A DNA stretch of 62,184 nt from Rickettsiales bacterium. Lineage in GTDB: Bacteria > Pseudomonadota > Alphaproteobacteria > Rickettsiales > UBA1997. Location of the stretch: the NCBI GenBank assembly GCA_005787525.1, contig SYAR01000041.1:1-62184 (forward strand), given 5' to 3'. Under the pieces are notes generated by a model. It was not told the origin of the DNA. It did not search any database and saw only the letters and a list, made by a program, of their open reading frames with translations. The position numbers and the translations under genes are program-made. Position 1 is the first letter of the stretch. Every line of letters begins with the position of its first letter. Positions 1 to 11,082 of the stretch are shown here, one piece after another.

Positions 1-23
1 CCTTACCACTTGGCTACGCCCCA
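1..23 (-). tRNA. tRNA-Gln, 5' part only (truncated by window edge)
   Basis: Reverse complement reads TGGGGCGTAGCCAAGTGGTAAGG, a typical 5' acceptor and D-arm of bacterial tRNA-Gln; the anticodon lies outside the window. Confidence 0.75.
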
Positions 24-258
24 AAATGCATATTTTTTCTATAAAACTTGAAAAAATGAGTTGCTATTTATAAAATTTTTTAAATTTCATGTCAAGTGAG
101 AATGTAATTTAATAAGCCAAAGGATCTCTATCAAAAACACAATTTAACTTTAAAGGTAAAATAATTTGATTTATTTTGAGTTATATCATTTCCAACAAAA
201 AATGTTAAATTAAGCAAAATATTTTTATTTCAAAAAGATGAAGATTAATTTACAGTCC

Positions 259-1035
259 TTAAGCGATACTTTTTTTATTGGAAATGTTATTACATATCGA
301 GCAATGTGGATTTTTATTAAGAACCGTTTTGCGAAAATCGTTTTTTAGAAAATCAAAAAATAAAATTTTGCCACAAATATTTTCGCCAATTTGTAAAATT
401 TCTTTAATCGCATAAGTCGCTTGCATAGCTCCCAAAGTCCCAGCTACCGCGCCTAAAATGCCTTTTTCACTCAAAGGCAATTCGAATTTTTCATCAACAA
501 TATTTGGATTAAAACATACATAGCAAGGTTGATTATTTTCGTAAGCTTTAAAAATACTCAATTGTCCGCTAAAGCCTTTTACGGCGCCGAAAATCAAAGG
601 TTTTTTTTGTTCAAAACACACTTGATTGATAATGAAGCGAGTTGGAAAATTATCGGTGGCATCAACTATAATTTCATAATCTTTAACGACTTCAGATAGA
701 TTATGGTGATTAGCACGAATCGGATAAATTTTTAAATTTAAATCAGGATTTAATTTGCGCAATCTTTCTTCAGCACTATGAACTTTGTGAATATTTAATT
801 TACTAAAATCGTGAATTATTTGGCGTTGTAAATTTGATAATTCAACTTTGTCATTATCGATAATTCCGAGATTGCCAACGCCAGCGCAAGCAAGATATTG
901 TAGGAGAGATGAGCCAAGTCCGCCGGCGCCAATCACTAGAATTTTGCTTTGCAATAATTTTTGCTGACCAATTTCGCCGATCTCGTTAAGTAAAATATTT
1001 CGTGAATAAAGTTCGAGCTGTTGTTGATTAAGCAT
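259..1035 (-). CDS. MoeB/ThiF/HesA family adenylyltransferase
   Basis: YSRNILL, GAGGLG nucleotide-binding loop, SNLQRQ, DATDN and two CxxC Zn motifs. Confidence 0.9.
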   Translation of the reverse strand: MLNQQQLELYSRNILLNEIGEIGQQKLLQSKILVIGAGGLGSSLLQYLACAGVGNLGIIDNDKVELSNLQRQIIHDFSKLNIHKVHSAEERLRKLNPDLNLKIYPIRANHHNLSEVVKDYEIIVDATDNFPTRFIINQVCFEQKKPLIFGAVKGFSGQLSIFKAYENNQPCYVCFNPNIVDEKFELPLSEKGILGAVAGTLGAMQATYAIKEILQIGENICGKILFFDFLKNDFRKTVLNKNPHCSICNNISNKKSIA

Positions 1036-1036
1036 A

Positions 1037-2623
1037 TTAAATTTTTATGTCGTTAAAAAATTCTTGCGCGGATTTTTTTATGGCTGAAATTTCTTGTTCG
1101 GTTTTGCGTTTCAAATTGCCGTAAGGATAAAAAAGTCGTCCATTATTTTTAAGTAATTTTTCATTTTTAATTAAAAAATTCCAATATAAATAATTAAACG
1201 GACAAGCATTTTTAACAAGTGAATTTTCATTGGTAGTTTTTTTAACATCATAATAACAATTTTTACAAAAATTTGACATTTTGTTAATGTAATTTCCGCT
1301 AGAGCAGTAAGGTTTTGAGGCGACAATTCCGCCATCGGCATAAATCGCCATCCCGCGCGTATTTGGCATTTCAACCCACTCAAAAGCATCGGCGTAAACT
1401 CCCAAATACCACGCATCAATTTCATCGGGATTGATTTCGGCAAGCAAAGCAAAATTGCCAGTGATCATTAGTCTTTGAATATGATGGCTGTAAGCGTTTT
1501 CACGAGTTTGTTTAACGGCAATTTTTAAACAATTCATCTTGGTTTTATTTTCGTCCCAATAAAAATCGGGCAATTTTCTTTGATGATTAAAATAATTTAA
1601 CTCGCGATATTTCGGCATAAAATACCAATAAATTCCGCGGATATATTCACGCCAGCCAATGATTTGGCGAATAAATCCTTCGGCACTTGCAAGATCGCAA
1701 TCGCCTTTAAAATATTCTTCTTCGACTTTTTTGGCGCAAGTCAAAGCGTCGAGCAAGCCAATATTGATATACATCGAGACGATACTGTGAAAACCAAAAT
1801 CAACATCTTGACGCATCGCATCTTGATAATTTCCAAAATTTTTTAAGCGATTTTTGATAAAATCTTCAAAATGCAAATTGGCTTCGAAAGCAGTCGTGGC
1901 AAAGTTAAAATTGTTGGTGTCGCCAAAATTTTTTGGAAAATTTTTTTTCACCATTTCAATAACTTCCAAAGTAATTGGTGAAATTTTTAATTGTAAAATT
2001 TTTGGCGGATGAATATCGGCGGGCATGGTTTGGCGATTTTCTTTGTCATAATTCCACTTGCCTCCGACAGGCTTTAATTCTGGCGTGGAGGATGATTTTG
2101 CTTTTGGTTTCTTCGGCAATTCTTCCATCAAAATTTTAGTTTTTTTGCGAATTTGGTGATAAAAATTTTCGAGTAATAAAGTTTTTTTGCCCTTGGCGAA
2201 CTCAGCAAATTCGTGATGAGAGCAAATAAAACGATCGTCATTGCGAATCTCAACGGCACAATTATTTTTTTGTTGAAAATCGTTGAAAAGCTTGAGAACT
2301 CTGTATTCCGAGGGCTCGGTTAAAATTATTTTTTGTGGTTTTAATTTCTGATAAAATTTTAAAAGTTCGGCGTCAAAACTGCCAAGATTATCTTTGTCAT
2401 CGAGCTTGGTATAAAAAATTTTATAACCATTTTCATGCAAATAATTTTTAAATTGACGCATCGCCGAAAAAATTAAAACCAGTTTTTTTTGATGATGCGG
2501 AGCGTATTTGGCTTCATCCCAAACCTCTGCCATCAATATTGCATCAAGGTTTTTGTCAAAATCTTGAAGCGAAGAAATATTCAAAGAAAGTTGATCGCCT
2601 AAAATAAAAATTAAATTGCGCAT
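1037..2623 (-). CDS. Fe-S bacterial cryptochrome/(6-4) photolyase (PhrB/CryB-type)
   Basis: ILGDQL, HHQKKL, GGKWNYDKENR, EGFIRQIIGWREY, HHIQRLM, and Fe-S cysteines in MNCL, MSNFCKNC and ACPFN. Confidence 0.9.
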   Translation of the reverse strand: MRNLIFILGDQLSLNISSLQDFDKNLDAILMAEVWDEAKYAPHHQKKLVLIFSAMRQFKNYLHENGYKIFYTKLDDKDNLGSFDAELLKFYQKLKPQKIILTEPSEYRVLKLFNDFQQKNNCAVEIRNDDRFICSHHEFAEFAKGKKTLLLENFYHQIRKKTKILMEELPKKPKAKSSSTPELKPVGGKWNYDKENRQTMPADIHPPKILQLKISPITLEVIEMVKKNFPKNFGDTNNFNFATTAFEANLHFEDFIKNRLKNFGNYQDAMRQDVDFGFHSIVSMYINIGLLDALTCAKKVEEEYFKGDCDLASAEGFIRQIIGWREYIRGIYWYFMPKYRELNYFNHQRKLPDFYWDENKTKMNCLKIAVKQTRENAYSHHIQRLMITGNFALLAEINPDEIDAWYLGVYADAFEWVEMPNTRGMAIYADGGIVASKPYCSSGNYINKMSNFCKNCYYDVKKTTNENSLVKNACPFNYLYWNFLIKNEKLLKNNGRLFYPYGNLKRKTEQEISAIKKSAQEFFNDIKI

Positions 2624-2665
2624 ATTTTTTAGAAAGTTAAAAATGGATTAAAAACTCTTCAAATT

Positions 2666-3580
2666 ATGATTAAACTTTTACAAAAAAATTGCAAATTCTT
2701 AATCACGGGGGCAACCGGATTTATTGGCTCAAAATTATGCCAAGAACTTTTGTCTGACGGACATCAAATCATAGCGCTTACGCGTCAAAAAAATAAAATT
2801 TCGATGCATGAAAATTTAAAATATATTAATGATTTAGATGAAGTAAATTTTAATTTTGATGTAGTGATTAACCTAGCGGGAGCACCGATTTCGTCTTATT
2901 GGACGCAAAAAAATCAACAAGAAATTCGCGACAGTCGTCTTAAAATTACGCAAGAAATTGCCGAAAAAATTATCAACAGCGAAAACCCGCCAAAGCTTTT
3001 TATTAGCGGTTCGGCGATTGGATTTTACGGCACTTCAAATTCAATAATTTTTAGTGAAAATTCTCATCCAACTAAGCAAAATTTATTTTCACAAAAATTA
3101 TGTAAAGATTGGGAAGAAATTGCGTTAAAAGCGCAAATTAAAACGCGAGTGGTTTTGCTTCGAACTGGCGTCGTTGTAGGCGAGTTCGGTGGCATCATTA
3201 AAAAACTTTCAGTGCCTTTTAAATTGGGGCTCGGAGGCAATATTGGCGATGGAAAACAAATCATGAGTTGGATTCATTTGGAAGATGTGATGGGAATTTT
3301 AAGTTTAATTATGAATAATTTTTCAATCGCTGGCGCCATCAATTTAGTGGCTCCGAACGCTTGTTCGAATGCGGAATTTTCACAAAAATTAGCTAAAAAA
3401 TTTTCGCGTCCGTGTTTTTTTCATATGCCAAAAATAATTGCTCAAACTTTATTTGGAAAAATGGGCGAGGAACTTTTGCTTTCTTCGCAAAAAATCGCAC
3501 CGCATAAAGCGATTGAAAATGGTTACGATTTTAAATTTTCACAGATTGGAGAGGCGATCGAAGCTCTTAAAAATATCTAA
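2666..3580 (+). CDS. TIGR01777 family NAD-dependent epimerase/oxidoreductase (YfcH-like)
   Basis: ITGATGFIG, VINLAGAPI, SGSAIGFYG, GDGKQIMSWIH. Confidence 0.88.
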   Translation: MIKLLQKNCKFLITGATGFIGSKLCQELLSDGHQIIALTRQKNKISMHENLKYINDLDEVNFNFDVVINLAGAPISSYWTQKNQQEIRDSRLKITQEIAEKIINSENPPKLFISGSAIGFYGTSNSIIFSENSHPTKQNLFSQKLCKDWEEIALKAQIKTRVVLLRTGVVVGEFGGIIKKLSVPFKLGLGGNIGDGKQIMSWIHLEDVMGILSLIMNNFSIAGAINLVAPNACSNAEFSQKLAKKFSRPCFFHMPKIIAQTLFGKMGEELLLSSQKIAPHKAIENGYDFKFSQIGEAIEALKNI

Positions 3581-3649
3581 AATTTTCTTGAATTTATGAT
3601 GAATTTTGTTTATTTTTAATCAATATTATTTAATTTTCTTAAAAATATT

Positions 3650-3983
3650 TATAAAATAATTATTTTTTTAGTATTTTTTTTATTCAATAAAAATGCCTTT
3701 GCCGATTTTGTTCATCCGCTAAATTTCGTTGAAAAAACTCAAAAATATTTTGCTTAATTATTAAATTTTCAAGTTAATTTGGTATAATCACTCAACTTTA
3801 AGAATGATGGAGCAACAAAATCTCGATTCTTTTAAAAAACTTACGCAAGCTCAAGATAAAAAAATTATGGATAAGGTGATTGAAGGTTATTGCTCGGGAA
3901 CGGTTGATATGTGTAGCTATTCAACTATTTTGATGATGTATGAACATAATTTCAAGGCTAGCAAAAAAGAATTAGAATGGTAA
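3650..3983 (+). pseudogene. Broken gene for a small secreted Cys-containing protein
   Basis: Fragment A (stop at 3755-3757) encodes a signal-peptide-like KIIIFLVFFLFNKNAFA followed by DFVHPLNF, with no ATG. Fragment B, in another frame, encodes STLRMMEQQN...YCSGTVDMCSYSTILMMYEHNFKASKKELEW* (stop at 3981-3983). Confidence 0.6.
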
Positions 3984-3988
3984 AAATT

Positions 3989-4900
3989 TTATATTTTCTT
4001 GTCGTCTTTTTTGCGCGGATCGAAATAAAGTAAAATTGGTGCTGAAATATAAATTGAAGAGTAGGTTCCAAGAGCGATGCCAAAGAAGGTGGCGACGCTA
4101 AAACTAAATAAAGCCTCACCGCCAAAGAAAATCAAAGCTAGAAGCGAGATAAGAGTTGTGCTTGCGGTTAAAATAGTGCGACTCAGGGTTGAGTTGGTGC
4201 TGGAATTTATGAGGAGTTGCAGATCCATTTTTTTATAATTGCGTAAATTTTCACGAATGCGATCATAAATTACCACCGAATCATTGATGGAATAGCCAAT
4301 GATGGTAAGAATTGAGGCGATTGAAGTTAAATTAAATTCTAAACCCGTGATTGAAAAAAATCCGAGAGTGACGATGGCGTCGTGAAGCAAAGCAAAAATG
4401 CCACCAAGTCCGAATTGCCAATCAAAGCGAATCCAAATATAAATCATAATAAATATGAACGACAAAAACAAGGCGAGGAAACCTTTTAGAATCAACTCGG
4501 AACCGACTTGCGGACCAACGAAATCAATTTTGCGATATTCAACTTTGGTGAAATTTTCTTCTAAAATATTTTGAATTTTTTTGATTAATTTATCTTGATC
4601 TTGAGATGCTTTAGAAACGCGAATCTGAACATCATTTTCTCCGGATTCTTGAATGTGAATGTCGTTAATTTTACTCGATAAAACTTCACGAATTTTAGAA
4701 ATATCTGGATTTTCATCGATGCGAGCTTCAATTAAAATGCCACCAGCAAAGTCGATTCCATAATTGAGCCCCTTGGTAAAAACCAATATCAAGGAGCCAA
4801 TCATAAATATAATTGAAAGCATTAAAGCGATTTTATGAATTGACATAAAATCGACTTTGCAATTATTAAGAGAGACTCTGATTTTGCTAATTATTGACAT
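3989..4900 (-). CDS. secF: Protein translocase subunit SecF
   Basis: GLNYGIDFAGG, VGPQVGSEL, GYSINDSVVIYDRIRE, TLSRT, GTYSSIYI. Confidence 0.95.
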   Translation of the reverse strand: MSIISKIRVSLNNCKVDFMSIHKIALMLSIIFMIGSLILVFTKGLNYGIDFAGGILIEARIDENPDISKIREVLSSKINDIHIQESGENDVQIRVSKASQDQDKLIKKIQNILEENFTKVEYRKIDFVGPQVGSELILKGFLALFLSFIFIMIYIWIRFDWQFGLGGIFALLHDAIVTLGFFSITGLEFNLTSIASILTIIGYSINDSVVIYDRIRENLRNYKKMDLQLLINSSTNSTLSRTILTASTTLISLLALIFFGGEALFSFSVATFFGIALGTYSSIYISAPILLYFDPRKKDDKKI

Positions 4901-4941
4901 GATTTTGTAGTGATTAATTTGATAAAATTAATTTATCAAAA

Positions 4942-5208
4942 CTATTTTTTAATTTTACGAATCGCGGTTGAAAGTCGAGAAAGCTTGCGTGAAGCGGTGT
5001 TGAGTTTTATAACTTTTTTAGTAACGCCACGCATAATTTCGGGTTCAAGATTTTTGAAGGCTTCACGAGCTTTTGTTTCATCACCAACTTTAATTGCACC
5101 ATCAACTTTCTTGATGAAAGACCTGATACGATTGACGCGAGCAGTGTTAACAATATTTTTTTTCTCACTAGAACGAAATGCTTTTTTAGCAGATTTTGTA
5201 TTTGCCAT
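4942..5208 (-). CDS. rpsT: 30S ribosomal protein S20
   Basis: MANTKSAKKA...NTASRKLSRL. Confidence 0.95.
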   Translation of the reverse strand: MANTKSAKKAFRSSEKKNIVNTARVNRIRSFIKKVDGAIKVGDETKAREAFKNLEPEIMRGVTKKVIKLNTASRKLSRLSTAIRKIKK

Positions 5209-5339
5209 ATGTAATTTTTTTCAAAATAAATTGTTGTTTTCAATAAAGAATTATTTTAGGCGGGTAATTTTAATAGTTTTAAATTAGTTTAGCAAGAATT
5301 TTTGTTGGCGAGGGTAAAATTCTAGTTTTGTAATAAAAA

Positions 5340-6605
5340 CTATTTAGAAAGATTAATAATTTTTTTACCCATTTTATCTTGCAAAATTTGTGGAATTTCA
5401 ATTGATCCATCTGCGTTTTGATAATTTTCTAAAAGAGCGATGAGGGTGCGTCCAACCGCAAGCGAGGAGCCATTTAAAGTGTGAACAAAATGGTTTTTTC
5501 CTTCTTTGTCTTTATATTTTATATTGGCTCGGCGTGCTTGAAAATCACCGCAATTTGAGCAACTTGAAATTTCGCGATATTTATTTTGCGATGGAAACCA
5601 AACTTCCAAATCATAAGTTTTTTGCGAGCAAAAACCAATATCGCCCGAGCATAATAAAATCTTGCGATAAGGCAAACCAAGCTTTTGCAAAACTTCGCAA
5701 GCGATATTGGTCATTCTTTCATGTTCTTGATTGGAATTTTCTGGCGAGGTGATCGAAACTAATTCAACTTTTTTGAATTGATGTTGGCGAATCATGCCTC
5801 TTGTATCTTTGCCCGCAGAGCCCGCTTCTCTTCTAAAACAAGGAGTGAAGGCGGTGAAGCGAATCGGCAAATCATTTTCGCTAAAAGTTTTTTTTGCGAC
5901 CAAATTTACCAGAGATACTTCGGAGGTTGGAATGAGCCAATAGCCGTCGGTTGTAACAAAAGCTTCCTCAGAAAATTTTGGTAATTGTCCCGAAAATTTC
6001 ATGGCCTCGGATTTGACTAAATTTGGCGGTGAAATTTCGATGTAATTATGTGCAGAAGCAATGTCGAGCATAAAATTGGAAAGAGCCCTTTCAAGCCTTG
6101 CTAAATCTCCACTCAAAGTTGAAAATCGTGCTCCCGACATTTGGGCTGATTGTTCGAAATCGAGCATTTTCAAGGCTTCGCCGAGATCTTCGTGAGATTT
6201 TGGAGTAAAATCGAATTTTCTCGGCTCGCCGAATTTTTCAATTTCAATATTATCATTTTCATCAACACCAACGGGCACTTCATCATGTGGAATATTGGGA
6301 ATATTTAAAAGTTTTTCATTCAATAATTCTTCGCTTTCTAAATTTTTTTCAGCTTCGTTTAAAAGAGTGTTAATATTTTTTGATTCCTGCAAAAATGGCG
6401 TTGCATCGCCATTATTTTTTTTAATAATTGCGATATCTTGCGCCAGCTTGTTGCGTTTGGCTTGAAGCTCTTGAATTAAAAAAATTTTTTTACGTTTTTG
6501 TTCGTCGAGAATAAGAAGTTCGGAAGCTCGAATGGTTAATTTGCGTGCCTCCATGGCGTTATCAAATTTTTGTGGATTTTCACGAATCCATTTTATATCA
6601 ATCAT
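5340..6605 (-). CDS. serS: Serine--tRNA ligase
   Basis: LIPTSEV, CFRREAGSAGKDTRGMIRQHQF, EISSCSNC, HTLNGS. Confidence 0.97.
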   Translation of the reverse strand: MIDIKWIRENPQKFDNAMEARKLTIRASELLILDEQKRKKIFLIQELQAKRNKLAQDIAIIKKNNGDATPFLQESKNINTLLNEAEKNLESEELLNEKLLNIPNIPHDEVPVGVDENDNIEIEKFGEPRKFDFTPKSHEDLGEALKMLDFEQSAQMSGARFSTLSGDLARLERALSNFMLDIASAHNYIEISPPNLVKSEAMKFSGQLPKFSEEAFVTTDGYWLIPTSEVSLVNLVAKKTFSENDLPIRFTAFTPCFRREAGSAGKDTRGMIRQHQFKKVELVSITSPENSNQEHERMTNIACEVLQKLGLPYRKILLCSGDIGFCSQKTYDLEVWFPSQNKYREISSCSNCGDFQARRANIKYKDKEGKNHFVHTLNGSSLAVGRTLIALLENYQNADGSIEIPQILQDKMGKKIINLSK

Positions 6606-6617
6606 AATTTTAATATT

Positions 6618-7130
6618 TTAAATTTGGTCGAGACGTTTTTTGCCTTTAAAACCGCCGGCAATTCCCGTGCGAGAAACCGTTGCCAAGCCATAATTCTCAA
6701 GGATTTTTAAGGCTTCGTCAATTTCTTTTGAAGAACCAATAATTTCAAAAACCGTTGAATTTTCTTCGGTATCAATAATTTGAAAACGAAAATTTTTTAA
6801 AGATTTTTGTGCGTCTTCAAGTTGTTTTTGCGTCGAAATTATTTGTGCCAAACATAATTCTCTTTCAATGTAATCATCATTTTTGCTAAGTTCTGCCGCA
6901 TTATGAACGGGAACGATTCGGCACAATAATTTACAAATTAAATCAACGGTTTTATCGGTGCCAAAAGTAGTGATAGTGATGCGTGATAATTTTTTATCTT
7001 GAGAAACTGGGGCCACCGATAAAGTTTCAATATTATAACCGCGAGCGGAAAATAATTCGACGACTCGAGCTAACGCTCCGAACTCATTATCGATTAAAAT
7101 TGCAATTACATGTCTTCGAATTTCTGTCAT
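6618..7130 (-). CDS. ilvN: Acetolactate synthase small (regulatory) subunit
   Basis: ACT domain NEFGALARVVELFSARGYNIETL, ERELCL and SRTG; adjacent to the large subunit. Confidence 0.92.
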   Translation of the reverse strand: MTEIRRHVIAILIDNEFGALARVVELFSARGYNIETLSVAPVSQDKKLSRITITTFGTDKTVDLICKLLCRIVPVHNAAELSKNDDYIERELCLAQIISTQKQLEDAQKSLKNFRFQIIDTEENSTVFEIIGSSKEIDEALKILENYGLATVSRTGIAGGFKGKKRLDQI

Positions 7131-7140
7131 AAAAATTAAA

Positions 7141-8913
7141 TTAAACCGCGTTAATATCTTTGGTTACATATTGTTTTGCTTGGTTTCCGAGCAATATTTC
7201 ATTGTGCGATGAGCCAGCGGGAATCATCGGAAATACATTTTCTGATTTATCAACAAGGCAATTAAACAAGACGGGACCTTGATGATTAATCATTTCGAGG
7301 ATTTTTTCATCAAGATGATCGGGCTTGTCGCATTCAATCCCTAGGATGCCAAAGCTTTCCGCCAATTTCATAAAATTCGGCAAAGATTCCATGTAAGATT
7401 GGCTTTCACGTTTCTCGTAAATCAGCTCTTGCCATTGACGCACCATGCCCATATAGCGATTATTTAAAATGAAAATTTTCACCGGCAAATTATATTGTTT
7501 GATGGTCGAGAGCTCTTGCATATTCATCATAAAACTCGCATCACCACTAACACAAATTACTAAATCTTGTGGATTAGCGATTTGAGCACCAATTGCTGAT
7601 GGAACGCCATATCCCATGGTTCCAAGCCCACCAGAAGTAAGCCATTTTTTTGGTTTATCAAATTGAATATATTGTGCCGTCCACATTTGATGTTGTCCGA
7701 CATCGGTTGAAAAAAAAGGTTGCGCGTCTTTGGTTAAAGCATTCAATCTTTCAATCGCATATTCAGGTTTGATGGTTTTTTTTGAGGCTTCGTAAGACAG
7801 AGATTTTATCGATTGCCATTTTTCAATTTGTTGCCACCAATCATTGATTTCTCTGCGTCGATTGCCAATTTTACGACGTTCAATTTCTTCAAGCAAAGCT
7901 TTAATTGCATGATTTGCATCGGCATTTATGGCGACATCGACTTTAATTATTTTGTCGATCGAACATTCATCAATATCAATGTGAATTTTTTTAGAGTCGG
8001 GAGAAAAGCCAGAAACTTTACCAGTTACGCGATCGTCAAAACGAGCGCCAATGTTAATCATAACATCGCATCCATACATAGCCATGTTGGCTTCGTAAGT
8101 TCCGTGCATTCCAAGCATGCCAATAAAATGTTGATCAGTTGCCGGAAAAGCACCGAGCCCCATCAAGGTGTTGGTGATTGGAAAACCTAAATGACGAACT
8201 AGCTTTGTAAGAGCTTCGCAAGCTTCATCGCCAGAATTTATAACGCCACCGCCGACATAAAAAATCGGACGCTTCGCCGAAGCAATTAAATCAACGGCTT
8301 GGGAAATATTATCGTGATTTAACGAAAATTTTCTTTGTTTAATTTGGTAAGATTGACGATTGATTTCAACCTTGCCGTGATAAATTCCGAAGCTATTTTG
8401 AACATCTTTTGGCACATCAATTAAAACTGGACCGGGACGATTGGTTCTTGCAATATGAAAGGCTTCGTGAATTATATATCCTAAATCATTAACATTTTTT
8501 ACCAAATAATTATGCTTGGTACAAGAGCGTGTCAAGCCAGTAATGTCAGCCTCTTGGAAGCCATCGGTGCCAATAACGGTGGTGGCAACTTGACCCGAAA
8601 AACATACTAATGGAACGGAATCCATATAAGCGTCGGTAAGTCCCGTAATAGCATTGGTGGCTCCGGGGCCAGAAGTGACGGTGATTACTCCGACCTTGCC
8701 AGTTGAACGCGCATAACCTTCGGCGGAATGAGTGGCAGCCTGTTCATGGCGCGCAAGAATATGGGTTATGCGATTTTGTTGAAAAAGTGCATCATAAAAT
8801 GGCAAAATTGCGCCACCGGGATAACCGAAAATCGTTTCAACGCCTTCGTTAATCAAGGCTTTAACTATAATTTCGGCGCCACTAAATTGATTTGTTTCTT
8901 TGAGTTTAGTCAT
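7141..8913 (-). CDS. ilvB: Acetolactate synthase large subunit (biosynthetic)
   Basis: FGYPGGAILP, RHEQAA, TSGPGATN, MLGMHG, DVGQHQMW, TPP motif GDAS...NNRYMGMVRQWQ. Confidence 0.95.
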   Translation of the reverse strand: MTKLKETNQFSGAEIIVKALINEGVETIFGYPGGAILPFYDALFQQNRITHILARHEQAATHSAEGYARSTGKVGVITVTSGPGATNAITGLTDAYMDSVPLVCFSGQVATTVIGTDGFQEADITGLTRSCTKHNYLVKNVNDLGYIIHEAFHIARTNRPGPVLIDVPKDVQNSFGIYHGKVEINRQSYQIKQRKFSLNHDNISQAVDLIASAKRPIFYVGGGVINSGDEACEALTKLVRHLGFPITNTLMGLGAFPATDQHFIGMLGMHGTYEANMAMYGCDVMINIGARFDDRVTGKVSGFSPDSKKIHIDIDECSIDKIIKVDVAINADANHAIKALLEEIERRKIGNRRREINDWWQQIEKWQSIKSLSYEASKKTIKPEYAIERLNALTKDAQPFFSTDVGQHQMWTAQYIQFDKPKKWLTSGGLGTMGYGVPSAIGAQIANPQDLVICVSGDASFMMNMQELSTIKQYNLPVKIFILNNRYMGMVRQWQELIYEKRESQSYMESLPNFMKLAESFGILGIECDKPDHLDEKILEMINHQGPVLFNCLVDKSENVFPMIPAGSSHNEILLGNQAKQYVTKDINAV

Positions 8914-9055
8914 TGATAAAAAATTTACAAATTCCTGATAAATTTAATTTAATCATTTAAAACTTTTGTGTTCAAGTAAAAAAATGAATTTGATTTTATT
9001 GAATTTTATAATTAAATTATTTTTTTGGTTTGTTTTAAATAAAAATTAAAAAATC

Positions 9056-9514
9056 ATGACTGCAAAAATAAATATCGAAAAGATTCTTAAATCATTGCCC
9101 CATCGTTATCCATTATTGTTGGTTGATAAGGTTATAAGTCTTGAACCGGGTAAAAATATTGTCGCGATTAAAAATGTTACTTTTAATGAGCCACATTTTT
9201 TAGGACATTTTCCTGATCATCCAATCATGCCAGGTGTTCTTATTATTGAAGCTATGGCACAAGCGGGAGCTCTGATGGTTACTTGTAATGATGAGTTTAA
9301 AGCTGACGAAAAATTAGTTTATTTTATGTCGATCGACGGTGCAAAATTTAGAAAACCAGTAATTCCAGGTGATGTTTTAGAGCTTAGAATAGAAGCTTTA
9401 CAAAATCGTGGCGCGGTTTGGAAGCTTGGCGCAACTGCTTTTGTCGAGGGTCAAAAAGTTTCTGAGGCACAACTTTCTGCCATGATTGTTAATAAAGATA
9501 AAAAAATTATTTAG
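9056..9514 (+). CDS. fabZ: 3-hydroxyacyl-ACP dehydratase
   Basis: LPHRYPLLLVD, GHFP, PGVLIIEAMAQ. Confidence 0.96.
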   Translation: MTAKINIEKILKSLPHRYPLLLVDKVISLEPGKNIVAIKNVTFNEPHFLGHFPDHPIMPGVLIIEAMAQAGALMVTCNDEFKADEKLVYFMSIDGAKFRKPVIPGDVLELRIEALQNRGAVWKLGATAFVEGQKVSEAQLSAMIVNKDKKII

Positions 9515-9517
9515 AAA

Positions 9518-10327
9518 ATGATTCACAAAACCGTGATTATAAATGACGGAGTACAAATTGCCAAAAATGTTGAAATCGGTGCTTTTTGCGTCATCGGAAG
9601 TAATGTTAAAATCGGCGAGGGAACCGTTATAAAAAGCCATGTTGTGATCGATGGCGACACTTCGATCGGTAAAAATAATACGATTTTTCCCTTTGCCACA
9701 ATTGGCTTAATTCCACAAGATTTAAAATTTTCTGGCGAAAAATCGCAATTAATTATTGGCGATAATAACATGATTCGCGAACATGTGACGATTCATCTCG
9801 GAACCAAGGATGGAGGCATGATTACTAAAATTGGCAATAATTGTTTATTGATGGTTGGCGTTCATATCGCTCATGATTGCTTAATCGGTAACCATGTTAT
9901 TTTAGCAAATAATGCAACGCTCGCGGGTCATGTTCAGGTTGGCGATAATGTTGTAATTGGCGGCTTGTCGGCGGTTCATCAATTTGTGAGAATCGGCAAT
10001 GGAGCCATGATTGGCGGTATGTCGGGCGTTGAAAGCGATGTTATTCCTTTTGGTTTAGTGATGGGCGAAAGGGCTCATTTAGCGGGTTTAAACTTGGTCG
10101 GCATGAAGCGTCAAAATATTTCACGCGATGAAATCCACGCTTTACGAAATTTTTATAAACTTGTTTTTGAAAATGACGGAGACGCTAATTTCCTGAATCG
10201 CGCAACTAAAATTGCTCAAGATTTTTCGCAAAATTCGACGATAAAAATGGTGATGAATTTTGTAAATTCCGAAACTTCGCGATCATTTTGCCAACCCAAA
10301 AATTTAAATCCAAATCAAAATGCGTGA
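9518..10327 (+). CDS. lpxA: UDP-N-acetylglucosamine O-acyltransferase
   Basis: Hexapeptide repeats, [25 protein letters not shown]. Confidence 0.95.
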   Translation: MIHKTVIINDGVQIAKNVEIGAFCVIGSNVKIGEGTVIKSHVVIDGDTSIGKNNTIFPFATIGLIPQDLKFSGEKSQLIIGDNNMIREHVTIHLGTKDGGMITKIGNNCLLMVGVHIAHDCLIGNHVILANNATLAGHVQVGDNVVIGGLSAVHQFVRIGNGAMIGGMSGVESDVIPFGLVMGERAHLAGLNLVGMKRQNISRDEIHALRNFYKLVFENDGDANFLNRATKIAQDFSQNSTIKMVMNFVNSETSRSFCQPKNLNPNQNA

Positions 10328-11027
10328 AATTTGTCTTGATACCGAAACCACAGGCTTAGACCCCAAAGACGGACATAAAATTATTGAAATCGCATGCTTC
10401 GAATTAATCAATAAAGTTAAAACTGGCAAAGTTTTTCATAGTTTTGTCAATCCGCTTCGCGACGTTCCACTCGAAGCCTTCCGCATCCATGGTATTTCCA
10501 CCGAATTTTTAAAAGATAAACCAACTTTCGATTTAATCGCCGATAAATTTTTAGATTTTATTGGTGATGATATTTTGGTAATTCACAATGCTTCATTTGA
10601 TATAAAATTTTTGAATTTTGAGTTAAATATTTTAAGAAAAAAAACCTTGGAAATGTCTCGCGTTGTTGACAGTTTAATGTTGGCTCGTAAAAAATTTCCC
10701 GGTGGACAAAATTCTCTCGACGCTCTTTGTAAAAGATTTAATCTCGATTTATCGAAACGTGAAAAACACGGCGCGATGATTGATACTGAATTATTATGCG
10801 ATGTTTATATCGAGTTGATGGGCGGGGCTCAAGAGGGTTTTGGTTTTGATAATTTAAAGAAAAATGATTCGATAAAAAATAATCAAATAATTGATTTGGC
10901 GGTGTTGAAAAATAATAAAAAAATTATTCCGGCGCGCAATTTTGTTGTGTCGGATGCGGAATTAAAAGAGCACCAAGAGTTTATCGAAAAGAATTTTAAA
11001 ACCACCTTCTGGAATAACGCAAATTAA
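10320..11027 (+). CDS. dnaQ: DNA polymerase III epsilon subunit
   Basis: DEDDh motifs [29 protein letters not shown]. Confidence 0.95.
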   Translation: MREICLDTETTGLDPKDGHKIIEIACFELINKVKTGKVFHSFVNPLRDVPLEAFRIHGISTEFLKDKPTFDLIADKFLDFIGDDILVIHNASFDIKFLNFELNILRKKTLEMSRVVDSLMLARKKFPGGQNSLDALCKRFNLDLSKREKHGAMIDTELLCDVYIELMGGAQEGFGFDNLKKNDSIKNNQIIDLAVLKNNKKIIPARNFVVSDAELKEHQEFIEKNFKTTFWNNAN

Positions 11028-11082
11028 CCTATATTAATAACAAAAAAACTAACAAACCCTTTTAATCAGCTTCACCGCAATT

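Noticed and set aside
2070-2130. Short Lys/Ser insert in the photolyase (also N-terminal extensions of L33 and cytochrome b, and a variant IlvD N-terminus)
   Set aside because: Short loop or terminal variation; I saw no match to repeat families A or B, so no evidence of RPE-like coding insertions.
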